From the NCBI GenBank assembly GCA_038040415.1, contig JBBPIK010000006.1:8763-72762 (forward strand): a stretch of DNA of 64,000 nt, in the 5' to 3' direction. This stretch comes from Actinomycetota bacterium. Its GTDB lineage: Bacteria; Actinomycetota; Thermoleophilia; Solirubrobacterales; 70-9. Position numbers and translations under genes: made by a program. This document shows, piece after piece, positions 26,269-36,051 of the stretch. The notes beneath the pieces are model-generated. The model had not been told where the DNA came from. It worked only from the letters and a program-made list of their open reading frames with translations, and did not search any database. Each line of letters starts with the position of its first letter. Within the stretch, counting starts at the first letter, position 1.

Positions 26269-26496
26269 CTAGTCGACCGGCTCGGAGCGTGGGCGCTGCT
26301 GGTCAGCTCGCGGGACGGGGCCGAGCTCGAATGCCTCCGCGGGCGCACGGATCGGGTAGTAGTCGTTGTCGCCGGGGGCGAGGGTTCGAGACACGCGGTC
26401 GCCGACGTTCAACACCAGGTCCAGCGCAGGCGCGGCCAGGCCGATCAGGGCTTCAACTCGAGCGCGCCAGATGCGCTGCTGTGGCATTTCGTGCAT
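26269..26496 (-). CDS. hypothetical small protein
   Basis: This 75-aa ORF lies 6 nt downstream of the CBS gene on the same strand. I recognise no motif. Confidence 0.3.
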   Translation of the reverse strand: MHEMPQQRIWRARVEALIGLAAPALDLVLNVGDRVSRTLAPGDNDYYPIRAPAEAFELGPVPRADQQRPRSEPVD

Positions 26497-26502
26497 GCGC
26501 CT

Positions 26503-26949
26503 CTATCCGCGCTCGTGGAAGAAGAAGCCGGGCAGCGCTCCCTCGATCACTTCCTGGGTCATCCGCTGCGCCACCTCGAGGTTGCCCGTCCGGACCGCGA
26601 TGTCGTCGAGGGTCACGATCCCGGCCAACTCGTCGCCGTCGACGACCGGCAGCCGCCGGATCCTGTGCTGGACCATCAGCGCCGCCGCCTCCTCAAGGTC
26701 CATGTCGGGCTCGCCGGTGACCAGCGGTCGGGAAGCATGCTCCCTGGCGGGCTCCGAGCCCGGGCGGTCCTCGGCGAGGGCGCGGACCGCCAGGTCCCGG
26801 TCGGTGATCATCGCCGCCGGCTCACCCTCGGGATCGCAGAGCACCACAGAGCCAACGTGGTGGTCCCGCATCAGCTGGGCGACCTTGAGCACATCGGCGT
26901 TCAGCCCGGCGGTGACGACGCCGCTGGTCATGATCTGGCGGAGCTGCAT
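26503..26949 (-). CDS. CBS domain pair protein
   Basis: The 148-aa product has two CBS repeats (IMTSGVVTAG...HHVGSVVLCD and VTGEPDMDLEEAAALMVQHRIRRLPVVD...GIVTLDDI). Confidence 0.85.
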   Translation of the reverse strand: MQLRQIMTSGVVTAGLNADVLKVAQLMRDHHVGSVVLCDPEGEPAAMITDRDLAVRALAEDRPGSEPAREHASRPLVTGEPDMDLEEAAALMVQHRIRRLPVVDGDELAGIVTLDDIAVRTGNLEVAQRMTQEVIEGALPGFFFHERG

Positions 26950-27034
26950 CGGTCGTACCGTAACGCGCTGCTGCGTGCGGGGGCGCTAAACCGGATCGCG
27001 GACCGGCGATCGTCGCTCAATAGGATCCCCCTGA

Positions 27035-28147
27035 ATGGCCGAAACACCCCAGCAAACGGGGCCAATCGCCGTCTACGGGGCCACCGGGTACACAGGCCGG
27101 CTGATCGCTGCGGAGCTTCGACGGCGCGGCGCCGAGTTCGTGCTGGCGGGGCGCAACCGGGCGAAGCTCGAGATCCTCGCCGAGGACCTCGGCGGCCAGA
27201 TCCCGATTCGGGACGCGTCGCTGGACGACCCCGGGGCGCTGAGAGGGTTGCTGGAGCCGTGCGCGGCGGTGATCGCCTGTGCAGGCCCCTTCCGGCTGCA
27301 CGGCGAACCGGTCCTCGCGGCCGCGGTCGAGACGCGGACGCACTACCTCGACACCACCGGCGAGCAGCCGTTCATGCGCAAGGTGTTCGACGCCTACGGC
27401 CCGAGCGCCGACCGGGCGGAAGTGGCACTGGTCACCGCGATGGGCTTCGACTACGTGCCTGGGGACATGATCGCGGCGCTGACCGCCGAGGGCATGGGCT
27501 CGCTCGAGGAGATCGTGCTCGCCTACGCGGTACAGGGCTTCGGCGCCACCCGGGGCACGGCACTGTCGGCCCTGGGGATGATGGCCGGAGGCGACTCGGA
27601 GTGGCGCGACGGCGAGCTGGCGTCCGCGTCGCGGAGCGTCGGCGGAGGGAGCTGGGACTTTCCGGAACCGATCGGCCGCCAGCGGATGCTGCGATACCCG
27701 GCCGGCGAGCACATCACCGTGCCGCGACACGTCGAGACCGCACGGGTGCGGACCCTGCTCACCGCCTCGACACTGGTTTCCCTGCCGCTCGTGGGGAGGG
27801 TGGCCCCCCTGGTCATGGCGCCCTTCCAGCTCGCGATGCGAACGCCGCTGCGCCGGGCGCTGGGAGCGGTCATCCCCCGCCTGCCGGAGGGGCCAAGCGA
27901 AGAAAGTCGCCGGAAGTCGAGCTTCACGATCGTTTGCGAGGCCCGGCAGGACTCCCGCCGGCGTCGGGGAACCGTGACGGGCGCCGACCCGTATGGGTTC
28001 ACCGCCAAGACGACGGTAGAGGGCGCACTTCGCTTCGCGGCCCCCGGCTACGACCGCAGCGGTGCCCTGGCGCCCTCGGAGGCGTTCGACCCGCGCGACT
28101 TCCTGGAGGGACTCCGCGAGTTCGGCGTCGAGCACGAGGTCGAGTGA
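27035..28147 (+). CDS. saccharopine dehydrogenase-like NAD(P)-binding oxidoreductase
   Basis: IAVYGATGYTGRLIA (Rossmann fold), ACAGPF, HYLDTTGE and AMGFDYVPGD support the call. Confidence 0.8.
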   Translation: MAETPQQTGPIAVYGATGYTGRLIAAELRRRGAEFVLAGRNRAKLEILAEDLGGQIPIRDASLDDPGALRGLLEPCAAVIACAGPFRLHGEPVLAAAVETRTHYLDTTGEQPFMRKVFDAYGPSADRAEVALVTAMGFDYVPGDMIAALTAEGMGSLEEIVLAYAVQGFGATRGTALSALGMMAGGDSEWRDGELASASRSVGGGSWDFPEPIGRQRMLRYPAGEHITVPRHVETARVRTLLTASTLVSLPLVGRVAPLVMAPFQLAMRTPLRRALGAVIPRLPEGPSEESRRKSSFTIVCEARQDSRRRRGTVTGADPYGFTAKTTVEGALRFAAPGYDRSGALAPSEAFDPRDFLEGLREFGVEHEVE

Positions 28148-28758
28148 GAAGCTGTCCGGCCTGCGGCGAGCCGCTCTTCGGGTGGCTGCTGCTGGACTCC
28201 CGTGAGCAGGGCAACCCGAGCGACTCCGTTGTGCTCGAGCGCTGCGAGGGCTGCGGGCTCGGAATTGCGGCCGACCTGGCCCCCGGAAGCTCCGCCCCCG
28301 AGCTGCTCGGCTCCGCGCGGCGTATCTCCGAGGGGACGCTCGAGCTGCGGGTCGCGAACCGCGCCAGCGTCCAGGCCTCGCTTGGGGGCAGGCACTGGGC
28401 GGCGCTGGAGCCAAAGCGGCGCCTCTACCCGACTCCCCAGTCGCTGCCCGCGTTGGCCGCCGCGGCGGGCCTCGAGATCGACGAGCTTTCCTGCCCGCAC
28501 CGAGGTCGGGGCCAGGCCTGGATGTGGCAGACGATCCTCAACGCGTTCACGTTCAACGAGAACTTCGCCCGCCAGGTCCGCGCCGGCACCCTGCGTCCCG
28601 GCGGCGCGGTGGGCCGCCTCAAGTTCGGAATCGACGCAGTCGTGACGGCGCTGCTCGCCATCCCCGTCGCGATCGTCTCCGCGCCGCTGGAGCTGTTCGC
28701 CGCCCTCGCCGGCCGAGGCGGCGAGCTGGTGGCAGTTGGCCGGCGGAGTGCGGACTAG
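28144..28758 (+). CDS. hypothetical zinc-ribbon protein with C-terminal TM segment
   Basis: The GTG at 28144 overlaps the upstream TGA. CPACGEPL...CEGCGL provides four Cys residues. The C-terminal TM segment is AVVTALLAIPVAIVSAPLELFAAL. I see no methyltransferase motif. Confidence 0.5.
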   Translation: MRSCPACGEPLFGWLLLDSREQGNPSDSVVLERCEGCGLGIAADLAPGSSAPELLGSARRISEGTLELRVANRASVQASLGGRHWAALEPKRRLYPTPQSLPALAAAAGLEIDELSCPHRGRGQAWMWQTILNAFTFNENFARQVRAGTLRPGGAVGRLKFGIDAVVTALLAIPVAIVSAPLELFAALAGRGGELVAVGRRSAD

Positions 28759-29564
28759 AGCGCTTGCCTTCTCCAGAGCCGTTTGGCGAGCGGCAGAGCC
28801 AGCATGCGGGGAGTGTGCTGGCCGGTGAGCGCGGTGGCGCGGTTGAAGAGGCCGGGGACGATTGCGCGCTTCCCGTTCTCGGCCGCGTCAACCGCCGCCT
28901 TCGCCACGGCCTCGGACGTCATCCAGAAGACGCCGGGGAGCTGGTCCTCAGCCTGCTCGATGCCGGCCACCCGCGTGAACTCCGTCCTCACGGGCCCGGG
29001 GCAGACAGCCGTCACGGTCACCCCGGTCCCCTTCAGCTCCTCGTGGACGGCCTCGCTGAGGCTGAGCACGAATGCCTTCGTCGCCGCGTACGTGGCGGTA
29101 CCGGGGATCGGCTGAAAGGCGGCGGCCGACGCGATGTTGATCACGGTGCCTCGACCGCGCGCGACCATCTGCGGCAGGTAGCGCGCCTGGAAGTCGAGCA
29201 GCGCCTCGCAGTTCACTCGAAGCATCGCGATGAGCCGCTCCCGGTCCGAGTCCACCACCGTGTCCGCGCCGCCGAAGCCGGCGTTGTTGACCAGGATCTC
29301 CACCTCGAGCCCGAGGCCTTCGATCTGCGCGGCAAGCCGCTCGCGGGCACCCTCGTCCGCCAGGTCGGCGGCGATCGCCTCGGCGCGGACCCCGTGGCTC
29401 GTGCTCAGCTCGCCGGCCAGGGTGCGGAGGCGCTCCTCGCGCCTTGCGACCAGGGTGACGCCGTGCCCGCGCGATGCCAGCTCACGCGCGATCGCTTCGC
29501 CGATCCCGGCGGAGGCGCCCGTGACCAGCGCGGTTGACGACTCGGAGGGCCCTGGGAGCGCCAC
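28755..29564 (-). CDS. short-chain dehydrogenase/reductase (SDR)
   Basis: TGASAGIG, NNAG and the YAATKAF catalytic motif are present. Confidence 0.9.
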   Translation of the reverse strand: MALPGPSESSTALVTGASAGIGEAIARELASRGHGVTLVARREERLRTLAGELSTSHGVRAEAIAADLADEGARERLAAQIEGLGLEVEILVNNAGFGGADTVVDSDRERLIAMLRVNCEALLDFQARYLPQMVARGRGTVINIASAAAFQPIPGTATYAATKAFVLSLSEAVHEELKGTGVTVTAVCPGPVRTEFTRVAGIEQAEDQLPGVFWMTSEAVAKAAVDAAENGKRAIVPGLFNRATALTGQHTPRMLALPLAKRLWRRQAL

Positions 29565-29600
29565 AGCGGCAGGCTATAGGAGTCCCCGAGGCCCGACTAC

Positions 29601-29909
29601 ATGAGTCCCCGGGCCCCGACGACTAACATCGTTGGGGTGGAAGGAAGCGAAGGCTTCAACATCTTCGGCGATCCGGACGAGCTGCGGGAGCGCCTGGGCG
29701 AGCTTGCCGAGCAGATGCAGGGCGCGCAACGCGTGGCCTGGGCCGACAACGCGATCAAGCTCGCGGTCAACATGACCGTGGCGGCCATCAACCGCCTCGA
29801 CCTGACCGGCGGCAGCGACCAGCAGGCGGTTCAGGTCCGGGACGCGATCCGGATCGTCTTCCCCGAGGCCGTCACCCTCGTGCGCGAAGCGCGCGAGGGC
29901 CTCTCCTAA
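29601..29909 (+). CDS. hypothetical protein
   Basis: This 102-aa ORF matches no motif I recognise. Confidence 0.3.
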   Translation: MSPRAPTTNIVGVEGSEGFNIFGDPDELRERLGELAEQMQGAQRVAWADNAIKLAVNMTVAAINRLDLTGGSDQQAVQVRDAIRIVFPEAVTLVREAREGLS

Positions 29910-29972
29910 GCGGTTTCGGCTTCGTCACCCAGCGCGCACCCCGTGCGCGCGGTCGACGCCTAGCTTGGCCGT

Positions 29973-30620
29973 GTGCGCCGCAGCTTCGAACACGGTGCCG
30001 CGTCGGTCGAGCACGTGGGGCTCGTGGCGCTGATCGCGCTCTTGCTGCTGGCGGGGATCTCGGCCTTCGCGGCACGACCAACCGACGAGGCCGCCCGCGA
30101 GCTCGGCGCGACGATCGCCCGCAAGCTTCGCTGCGCGCCGCGCCTGCCCGGACCCTGCTGGCGTGACCCGCTGACCGATGCCTACGGACGGCCGGTCGCC
30201 GGGGTGGTGCGCGCCCTGGCGCCTCAGCCGGATCTTGTGGCGGGGCTTTCGGGGCTTGCCCTGGTGCCGGTCGACTTCCGCTACTGCCGCCGCGAGAGCT
30301 GCGCCGCACCCGGCGATCGCCCGGAGCTCACGGTCTCGAACCGCCGCGTGAGCGCCTTCACCTCGGTGGTCGATCGACGCCGGGCCGGCGGCCAAGTCGA
30401 GATCACCTACTGGCTCTACAGGCCCGGAGTCGGCTGGGCTCGCGTGACGCGACGCGCCAGCGCGGCGGAGGTCGCCGACCATGCCTCCACCCCGTTGCTC
30501 GAAACGGCCAACCCCCGTCTGGTTCCACTCGAGACCCTCCCCGGTCGCAACCACTACTCCTTCCCGGCGGCGGAGGAGCCACCCTGGCGCTGGCAGGTTG
30601 AGAGCGTGTATCCGGGCTAG
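29973..30620 (+). CDS. hypothetical protein with N-terminal TM anchor
   Basis: The 215-aa product has an N-terminus, GAASVEHVGLVALIALLLLAGISAF, that faintly resembles TadE/pilin-like leaders. The rest is unassigned. Confidence 0.4.
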   Translation: MRRSFEHGAASVEHVGLVALIALLLLAGISAFAARPTDEAARELGATIARKLRCAPRLPGPCWRDPLTDAYGRPVAGVVRALAPQPDLVAGLSGLALVPVDFRYCRRESCAAPGDRPELTVSNRRVSAFTSVVDRRRAGGQVEITYWLYRPGVGWARVTRRASAAEVADHASTPLLETANPRLVPLETLPGRNHYSFPAAEEPPWRWQVESVYPG

Positions 30621-30650
30621 GTGGGGACTGCACGGATGGGCACGCTCGTG

Positions 30651-30681
30651 GCTTTCGACGTGTATAGGACGTCAAAAGCCA
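30651..30681. terminator. hairpin between convergent genes
   Basis: GGCTTTCGACGT-gtatagg-ACGTCAAAAGCC forms a 12-bp stem with one mismatch. Confidence 0.4.
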
Positions 30682-30722
30682 TGACCGTCGGAACCAACCA
30701 CCGAGATTGATCGGGCGCGGAG

Positions 30723-31646
30723 CTACCAGTGGGCGTCGTGATGCTCCATGACGCCGAGGCCGCGCTCGAGCGCCAGCCCCCCCGGAAGGGTGCCCGAGAA
30801 GCTGCCGAAGGGCTGACGGTACGTGTAGCGGACGAGGAGGCGGTTCTCCTGCTTTCGCCGCTCGCACTCGCCACTGAACTCGAGCCGCGACCCGTCGTCG
30901 AAGGCGATCGCCTCCAGGCCCTCGAAGCTGACGGGGCCCGGCTCGAAGGGCTCGCCGTCCACCCAGATCGCCCGCTCGGAGCGCTGTGGCGGGTCGTTGA
31001 TGCCGCTGACCAGGTTCCAGCCGACCGAGCGCCCGTCGCCGGTGCGGCCGACGCCGGCGGACCAGCTCCACACCGTGTGGCGAGGGTGATAGCCGGCCGA
31101 CTCGTCCTCCATCCCGCGCGCCTCGACCCGCCAGCGGCGCTCGCCGATGCGGACGTCGCACTCCACCGGGACATCGGCCCGCTTTCGGGTCCACACGTAC
31201 TCGCCCTCCCCGTTGGGACACACCGCCTCCACCCACCCGCCGGCGCCCGCGCGGAGGAAGGCCCGCACCTCGCCCTCGCTCCGGCGCGCCTCGATCCGCA
31301 CCAGCGAACCTTCGTCGGGCGCATAGTTGACCAGGCCTCCCTCGCCGTCGCCCGTTTCCGTCCAGACCTCGCCTCGCGCGCCTGGGAGCCGCAGCCGGGT
31401 GCGCTCCCACATCTCGCCGCGCTCGCGGTCCCAGATCGCCCAGAACGTCTGCCCGAGCTTTCCGACCTGGACCCGCGCGGCGCAGAGGAGCAACTCGTCG
31501 GAATAGGCGCCCAGGTAACGCCAGCGCTTGCGCCACCGGCCGCCGCGCCGCAGAGGCATCGGATTGGGGGGCAACGGCAGGTCGGGGCGGCCCGGACCGG
31601 GTCCGCGCCACGGAAGGCCCGGGCTGGCGACGAAGTCGCGATTCAC
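30723..31646 (-). CDS. DUF2804-like protein
   Basis: The 307-aa product has RWRYLG near the N-terminus and a C-terminal GVMEHHDAHW, as I recall for DUF2804. The GTG at 31646 lies inside PR1 copy 5, and ATG 31559 (MPLRRGG) is an alternative start. Confidence 0.6.
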   Translation of the reverse strand: MNRDFVASPGLPWRGPGPGRPDLPLPPNPMPLRRGGRWRKRWRYLGAYSDELLLCAARVQVGKLGQTFWAIWDRERGEMWERTRLRLPGARGEVWTETGDGEGGLVNYAPDEGSLVRIEARRSEGEVRAFLRAGAGGWVEAVCPNGEGEYVWTRKRADVPVECDVRIGERRWRVEARGMEDESAGYHPRHTVWSWSAGVGRTGDGRSVGWNLVSGINDPPQRSERAIWVDGEPFEPGPVSFEGLEAIAFDDGSRLEFSGECERRKQENRLLVRYTYRQPFGSFSGTLPGGLALERGLGVMEHHDAHW

Positions 31647-31727
31647 GTGCTTACGGCCTGCCGCCCCGTAACGCGCCCTGACCCGCCGACACCGGACGTG
31701 AAACGGAGGATGTCGGCGGAGTTGTTC
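31620..31727 (+). repeat. PR1 palindromic repeat, copy 5 (divergent loop insert)
   Basis: CGGGCTGGCGACGAAGTCGCG...CCTGCCGCCCCGTAACGCGCCCTGACCCGCCG-acaccggacgtgaaacggaggatgt-CGGCGGAGTTGTTC fills essentially the whole spacer between the carboxylase stop (31730) and the DUF2804-like gene. Confidence 0.8.
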
Positions 31728-31729
31728 AT

Positions 31730-33511
31730 CTATGCGATCTTCGCGATCACGTCGCCCGCAGCGACCGAGGTGCCCTCCTTGACCCCGAGCTTGCTGACCT
31801 TGCCGGGGCGGTGCGCGGTGATCTCGTTCTCCATCTTCATCGCCTCCACCACGCAGATCAGGGTGCCGTCCTCGACCTGGTCCCCGTTCTTCACCGCCAC
31901 CTTCAGGACGGTGCCCTGGATCGGAGAGACAAGGGTCTCGGTGGCGCTGGCTCCGGCGGCTCCGGCGGCGGCGCGCTCGCGGCGCGGCGGGCGGCGCAAC
32001 CCGGCGGCGGCGCCCGGGTTCGTCGCCCCCGCGGCGGGGATCACCTTGACGCTGTGGAGGCGCCCGTCGATCTCGACCTGGTAAACGCGCTCGGTGGCTC
32101 CTTCGGGCTCAACGCCCGGATCAGGCCCGAGGCCGGCAGCCGGGGACGCCTCGGGCGACGGCGCCAGCGACTTCAACCACTTGCGGTCGCCGAGCAGGTC
32201 GCGGCAGGTCTCGGCGTCCCGCCACTGGTCGGTGGCGAGGATCGCCCTGTGAAACGGGACCAGGGTCACGAGCCCGCCGATCTCGTACTCGCCCAAGGCC
32301 CGCAGCATCCTGGCCGTTGCCCGTTCGCGATCGGTGTCCCAGACGATCAGCTTGGCGATCAGCGGGTCATAAAGCGGGGTCACCTCCGAGCCGGCGACGA
32401 CGCCCGAGTCCACCCGCACACCAGGCCCACCCGGCTCGCGATAGGTGGTGATCCTTCCCGGCGCCGGTGCGAAGTTCTTGTGTGCGGCCTCGGCGTTGAT
32501 CCGGCACTCGATCGCGTGCCCGCGAAGCTCCACGTCCTCCTGGCTCACCGAGAGCTCCTCGCCGGCCGCAATCAGGACCTGCTCACGAACGATGTCCATC
32601 CCGGTGACCATCTCGGTGACGCAGTGCTCCACCTGGACGCGGGTGTTCATCTCCAGGAAGAAGTACTCCTCGCCGGTCTGAAGGCCCTCGACGGTCCCCG
32701 CCGACCGGTACTCGACCGCCGTTGCGGCGTCAGTGGCGACCTTGCCGATTCGCTCTCGCATCCCGTCGTCCACGTGCGGCGCCGGGGACTCCTCGACCAG
32801 CTTCTGGTGGCGGCGCTGAAGCGAGCAGTCACGCTCGCCGAGGTGAACCACGTTGCCGTGCGAGTCGGCCAGCACCTGGACCTCGACGTGCCGGGGGTCC
32901 TCCAGGTAGCGCTCCAGGTAGACGGTGGGGTCGGAGAAGAACTTCTCGCCCTCGCGCGCGGCCCCCTCGAACGCGTCCTCGAGCTCCTTCTCGGAGTTGG
33001 CGACCCGAAAGCCCTTCCCGCCTCCCCCGCCGGCGGCCTTGCAGGCCACCGGGTAGCCGATCTCCTTGGCCTCGCGCTTGGCGTCGGCGACGCTCTCGAC
33101 CGGCGAGGTTGTCCCGGGGACAATCGGCACGCCTGCCTCCGCCATCAACTCGCGGGCGCGGGTCTTCGATCCCATCGCCTCGATTGCGCTCGCCGGCGGC
33201 CCGATGAACGTCACACCGGCCTCCTCGCAGGCCGCAGCAAACTCGGCGTTCTCGGCCAGGAACCCGTAGCCGGGATGGACCGCTTCCGCCCCGGCCTTCT
33301 CGGCCGTCTCCAGCAGCCTGGCGATGCTCAGGTAGCTCTCGGCCGGCACCGGCGGCCCCAGCAGGTGGGCCTCATCCGCCTCGCCCACGTGGGGCGCGTC
33401 CCGGTCGGCCTCCGAGTAGACGCCAACCGAAGCGATCCCCATTTCCCTCAGAGTCCGCATGACGCGGATCGCGATCTCGCCCCGGTTGGCAACCAGGACC
33501 TTCTCGAACAT
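31730..33511 (-). CDS. acetyl/propionyl-CoA carboxylase alpha subunit (biotin carboxylase plus BCCP)
   Basis: The product starts MFEKVLVANRGEIAIRV, has an ATP-grasp core, and ends with the biotinyl motif EAMKMEN. Confidence 0.9.
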   Translation of the reverse strand: MFEKVLVANRGEIAIRVMRTLREMGIASVGVYSEADRDAPHVGEADEAHLLGPPVPAESYLSIARLLETAEKAGAEAVHPGYGFLAENAEFAAACEEAGVTFIGPPASAIEAMGSKTRARELMAEAGVPIVPGTTSPVESVADAKREAKEIGYPVACKAAGGGGGKGFRVANSEKELEDAFEGAAREGEKFFSDPTVYLERYLEDPRHVEVQVLADSHGNVVHLGERDCSLQRRHQKLVEESPAPHVDDGMRERIGKVATDAATAVEYRSAGTVEGLQTGEEYFFLEMNTRVQVEHCVTEMVTGMDIVREQVLIAAGEELSVSQEDVELRGHAIECRINAEAAHKNFAPAPGRITTYREPGGPGVRVDSGVVAGSEVTPLYDPLIAKLIVWDTDRERATARMLRALGEYEIGGLVTLVPFHRAILATDQWRDAETCRDLLGDRKWLKSLAPSPEASPAAGLGPDPGVEPEGATERVYQVEIDGRLHSVKVIPAAGATNPGAAAGLRRPPRRERAAAGAAGASATETLVSPIQGTVLKVAVKNGDQVEDGTLICVVEAMKMENEITAHRPGKVSKLGVKEGTSVAAGDVIAKIA

Positions 33512-33545
33512 GGCGGGAGAGTCTAGTTACGCCGCTCGAAGCCGC

Positions 33546-34886
<1,341 letters not shown>

Positions 34887-34907
34887 TTAACTGATCGGGG
34901 CGGGTGG

Positions 34908-35228
34908 TCAGGCCCGGGTGGGCTCGAGCATCTCGGCGATCGCCCGGCTCACGCCGACCTCGCCGATCGTCGCCTCCACCCGCTCGATCTTGAATCCCTC
35001 GAGCTCCTTGGCGACGAAATCGGCAGCCACCTCGATCGAGTGCTCCGCCGCCTCACGGTCGTGGCAGGTGGTGATCGTGATCAGGATGCCGTTGCCGCAG
35101 TCGAGCAGCTCGTAGGCAACGAAGCCCGGCATCGCCTCGATGCGGGGGGCGAATGTCTCGTCGACCCGCCGGATCAGCTCGTCCATCTGCTCCTCGTCGA
35201 CCGTGTACTTGCGAACGCTCGTGTGCAT
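34908..35228 (-). CDS. ABM/Dabb-like small protein
   Basis: The 106-aa product is ferredoxin-like (PGFVAYELLDCGNGILITITTCHDREAAE). The assignment is weak. Confidence 0.5.
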   Translation of the reverse strand: MHTSVRKYTVDEEQMDELIRRVDETFAPRIEAMPGFVAYELLDCGNGILITITTCHDREAAEHSIEVAADFVAKELEGFKIERVEATIGEVGVSRAIAEMLEPTRA

Positions 35229-35304
35229 GAACCCTCCAATCGTTCCGGCGATACCTGCCGCCTACCCTATCTCCCCTCGCTTTGCGGGCGCTGGGGGTGG
35301 CCAA

Positions 35305-36051
35305 TCAGGCGACGCGGTAACGGAGGTCCTCGCCGAACAGCGGCAGCGGATCCCCGCAGATCTCGACCAGCCGGGAGACGGTTCGCGGCCCGATCTGCTC
35401 CTCGAGCGCAGACTGGTCGAGGTTGGTGGTGACCACCATCGAGCGCTGCGCCTCGTAGCGCTCGTTGACGATCGCGTAGAGCTGCTCCAGCACCCAGTCG
35501 CTGCGGTTCTCGACGCCGAGGTCGTCGACGTGCAGCAGATCGACCGAGGTCAGGCGCTCGAAGAACTCGAAGTAGGGGTCGCCGGCGTCGGCGTCGTAGG
35601 TGCGGCGAATCCGCGCCAAAAGACGCGGCAGCGAGTAGATCGCGACCGTGCGCTCGGCCTCGACCGCCGCCTTAGAGACCAGCATCGCGAGCGTGGTCTT
35701 GCCGGTGCCGACGTCCCCCATGAGCCACAACCCATCCCCGCCGTCGAGCCGCTCGCCGATCTGCTCGACGAACTCCTTGACCGTTTCGTACACGGGTGCC
35801 TGCGCCCGGTCGCGCGCCATGTCGGAGATCGGAGGGCGGTCGAGGCTGACGCCCCGGTACTTGCGCGGGATCGCCGAGGCGACACCCCTGGCGCGCCGGC
35901 GAGCCAGGCGGCGGTCGCGGCACTCGCAGGGGCGGGCCACGTCCTCGGGGCCGAGGATCCAGCCGGAGCCGTCGCAGACCGCGAGCGGGCAGGGCGGCTG
36001 CGCGGCCTCGTCCACGCCCGCCAGGCGCACTGGTCTCGGCGGAGAGCTCAC
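35305..36051 (-). CDS. DnaC/DnaI/IstB-like AAA+ ATPase (candidate helicase loader)
   Basis: The GTG at 36051 overlaps the dnaB TGA. An N-terminal Cys cluster (CPLAVCDGSGW...CEC) is followed by Walker A GDVGTGKTT, Walker B LLHVDDLG and sensor VVTTN. Confidence 0.75.
   Translation of the reverse strand: MSSPPRPVRLAGVDEAAQPPCPLAVCDGSGWILGPEDVARPCECRDRRLARRRARGVASAIPRKYRGVSLDRPPISDMARDRAQAPVYETVKEFVEQIGERLDGGDGLWLMGDVGTGKTTLAMLVSKAAVEAERTVAIYSLPRLLARIRRTYDADAGDPYFEFFERLTSVDLLHVDDLGVENRSDWVLEQLYAIVNERYEAQRSMVVTTNLDQSALEEQIGPRTVSRLVEICGDPLPLFGEDLRYRVA

Noticed and set aside
26098-28143. Upstream 680 codons of ORF 26098..28758
   Set aside because: This part overlaps def, the CBS gene and the saccharopine-dehydrogenase-like gene in other frames or on the other strand. 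Only the last 204 codons, from GTG 28144 where the ORF is coupled to the upstream stop, look like a gene.
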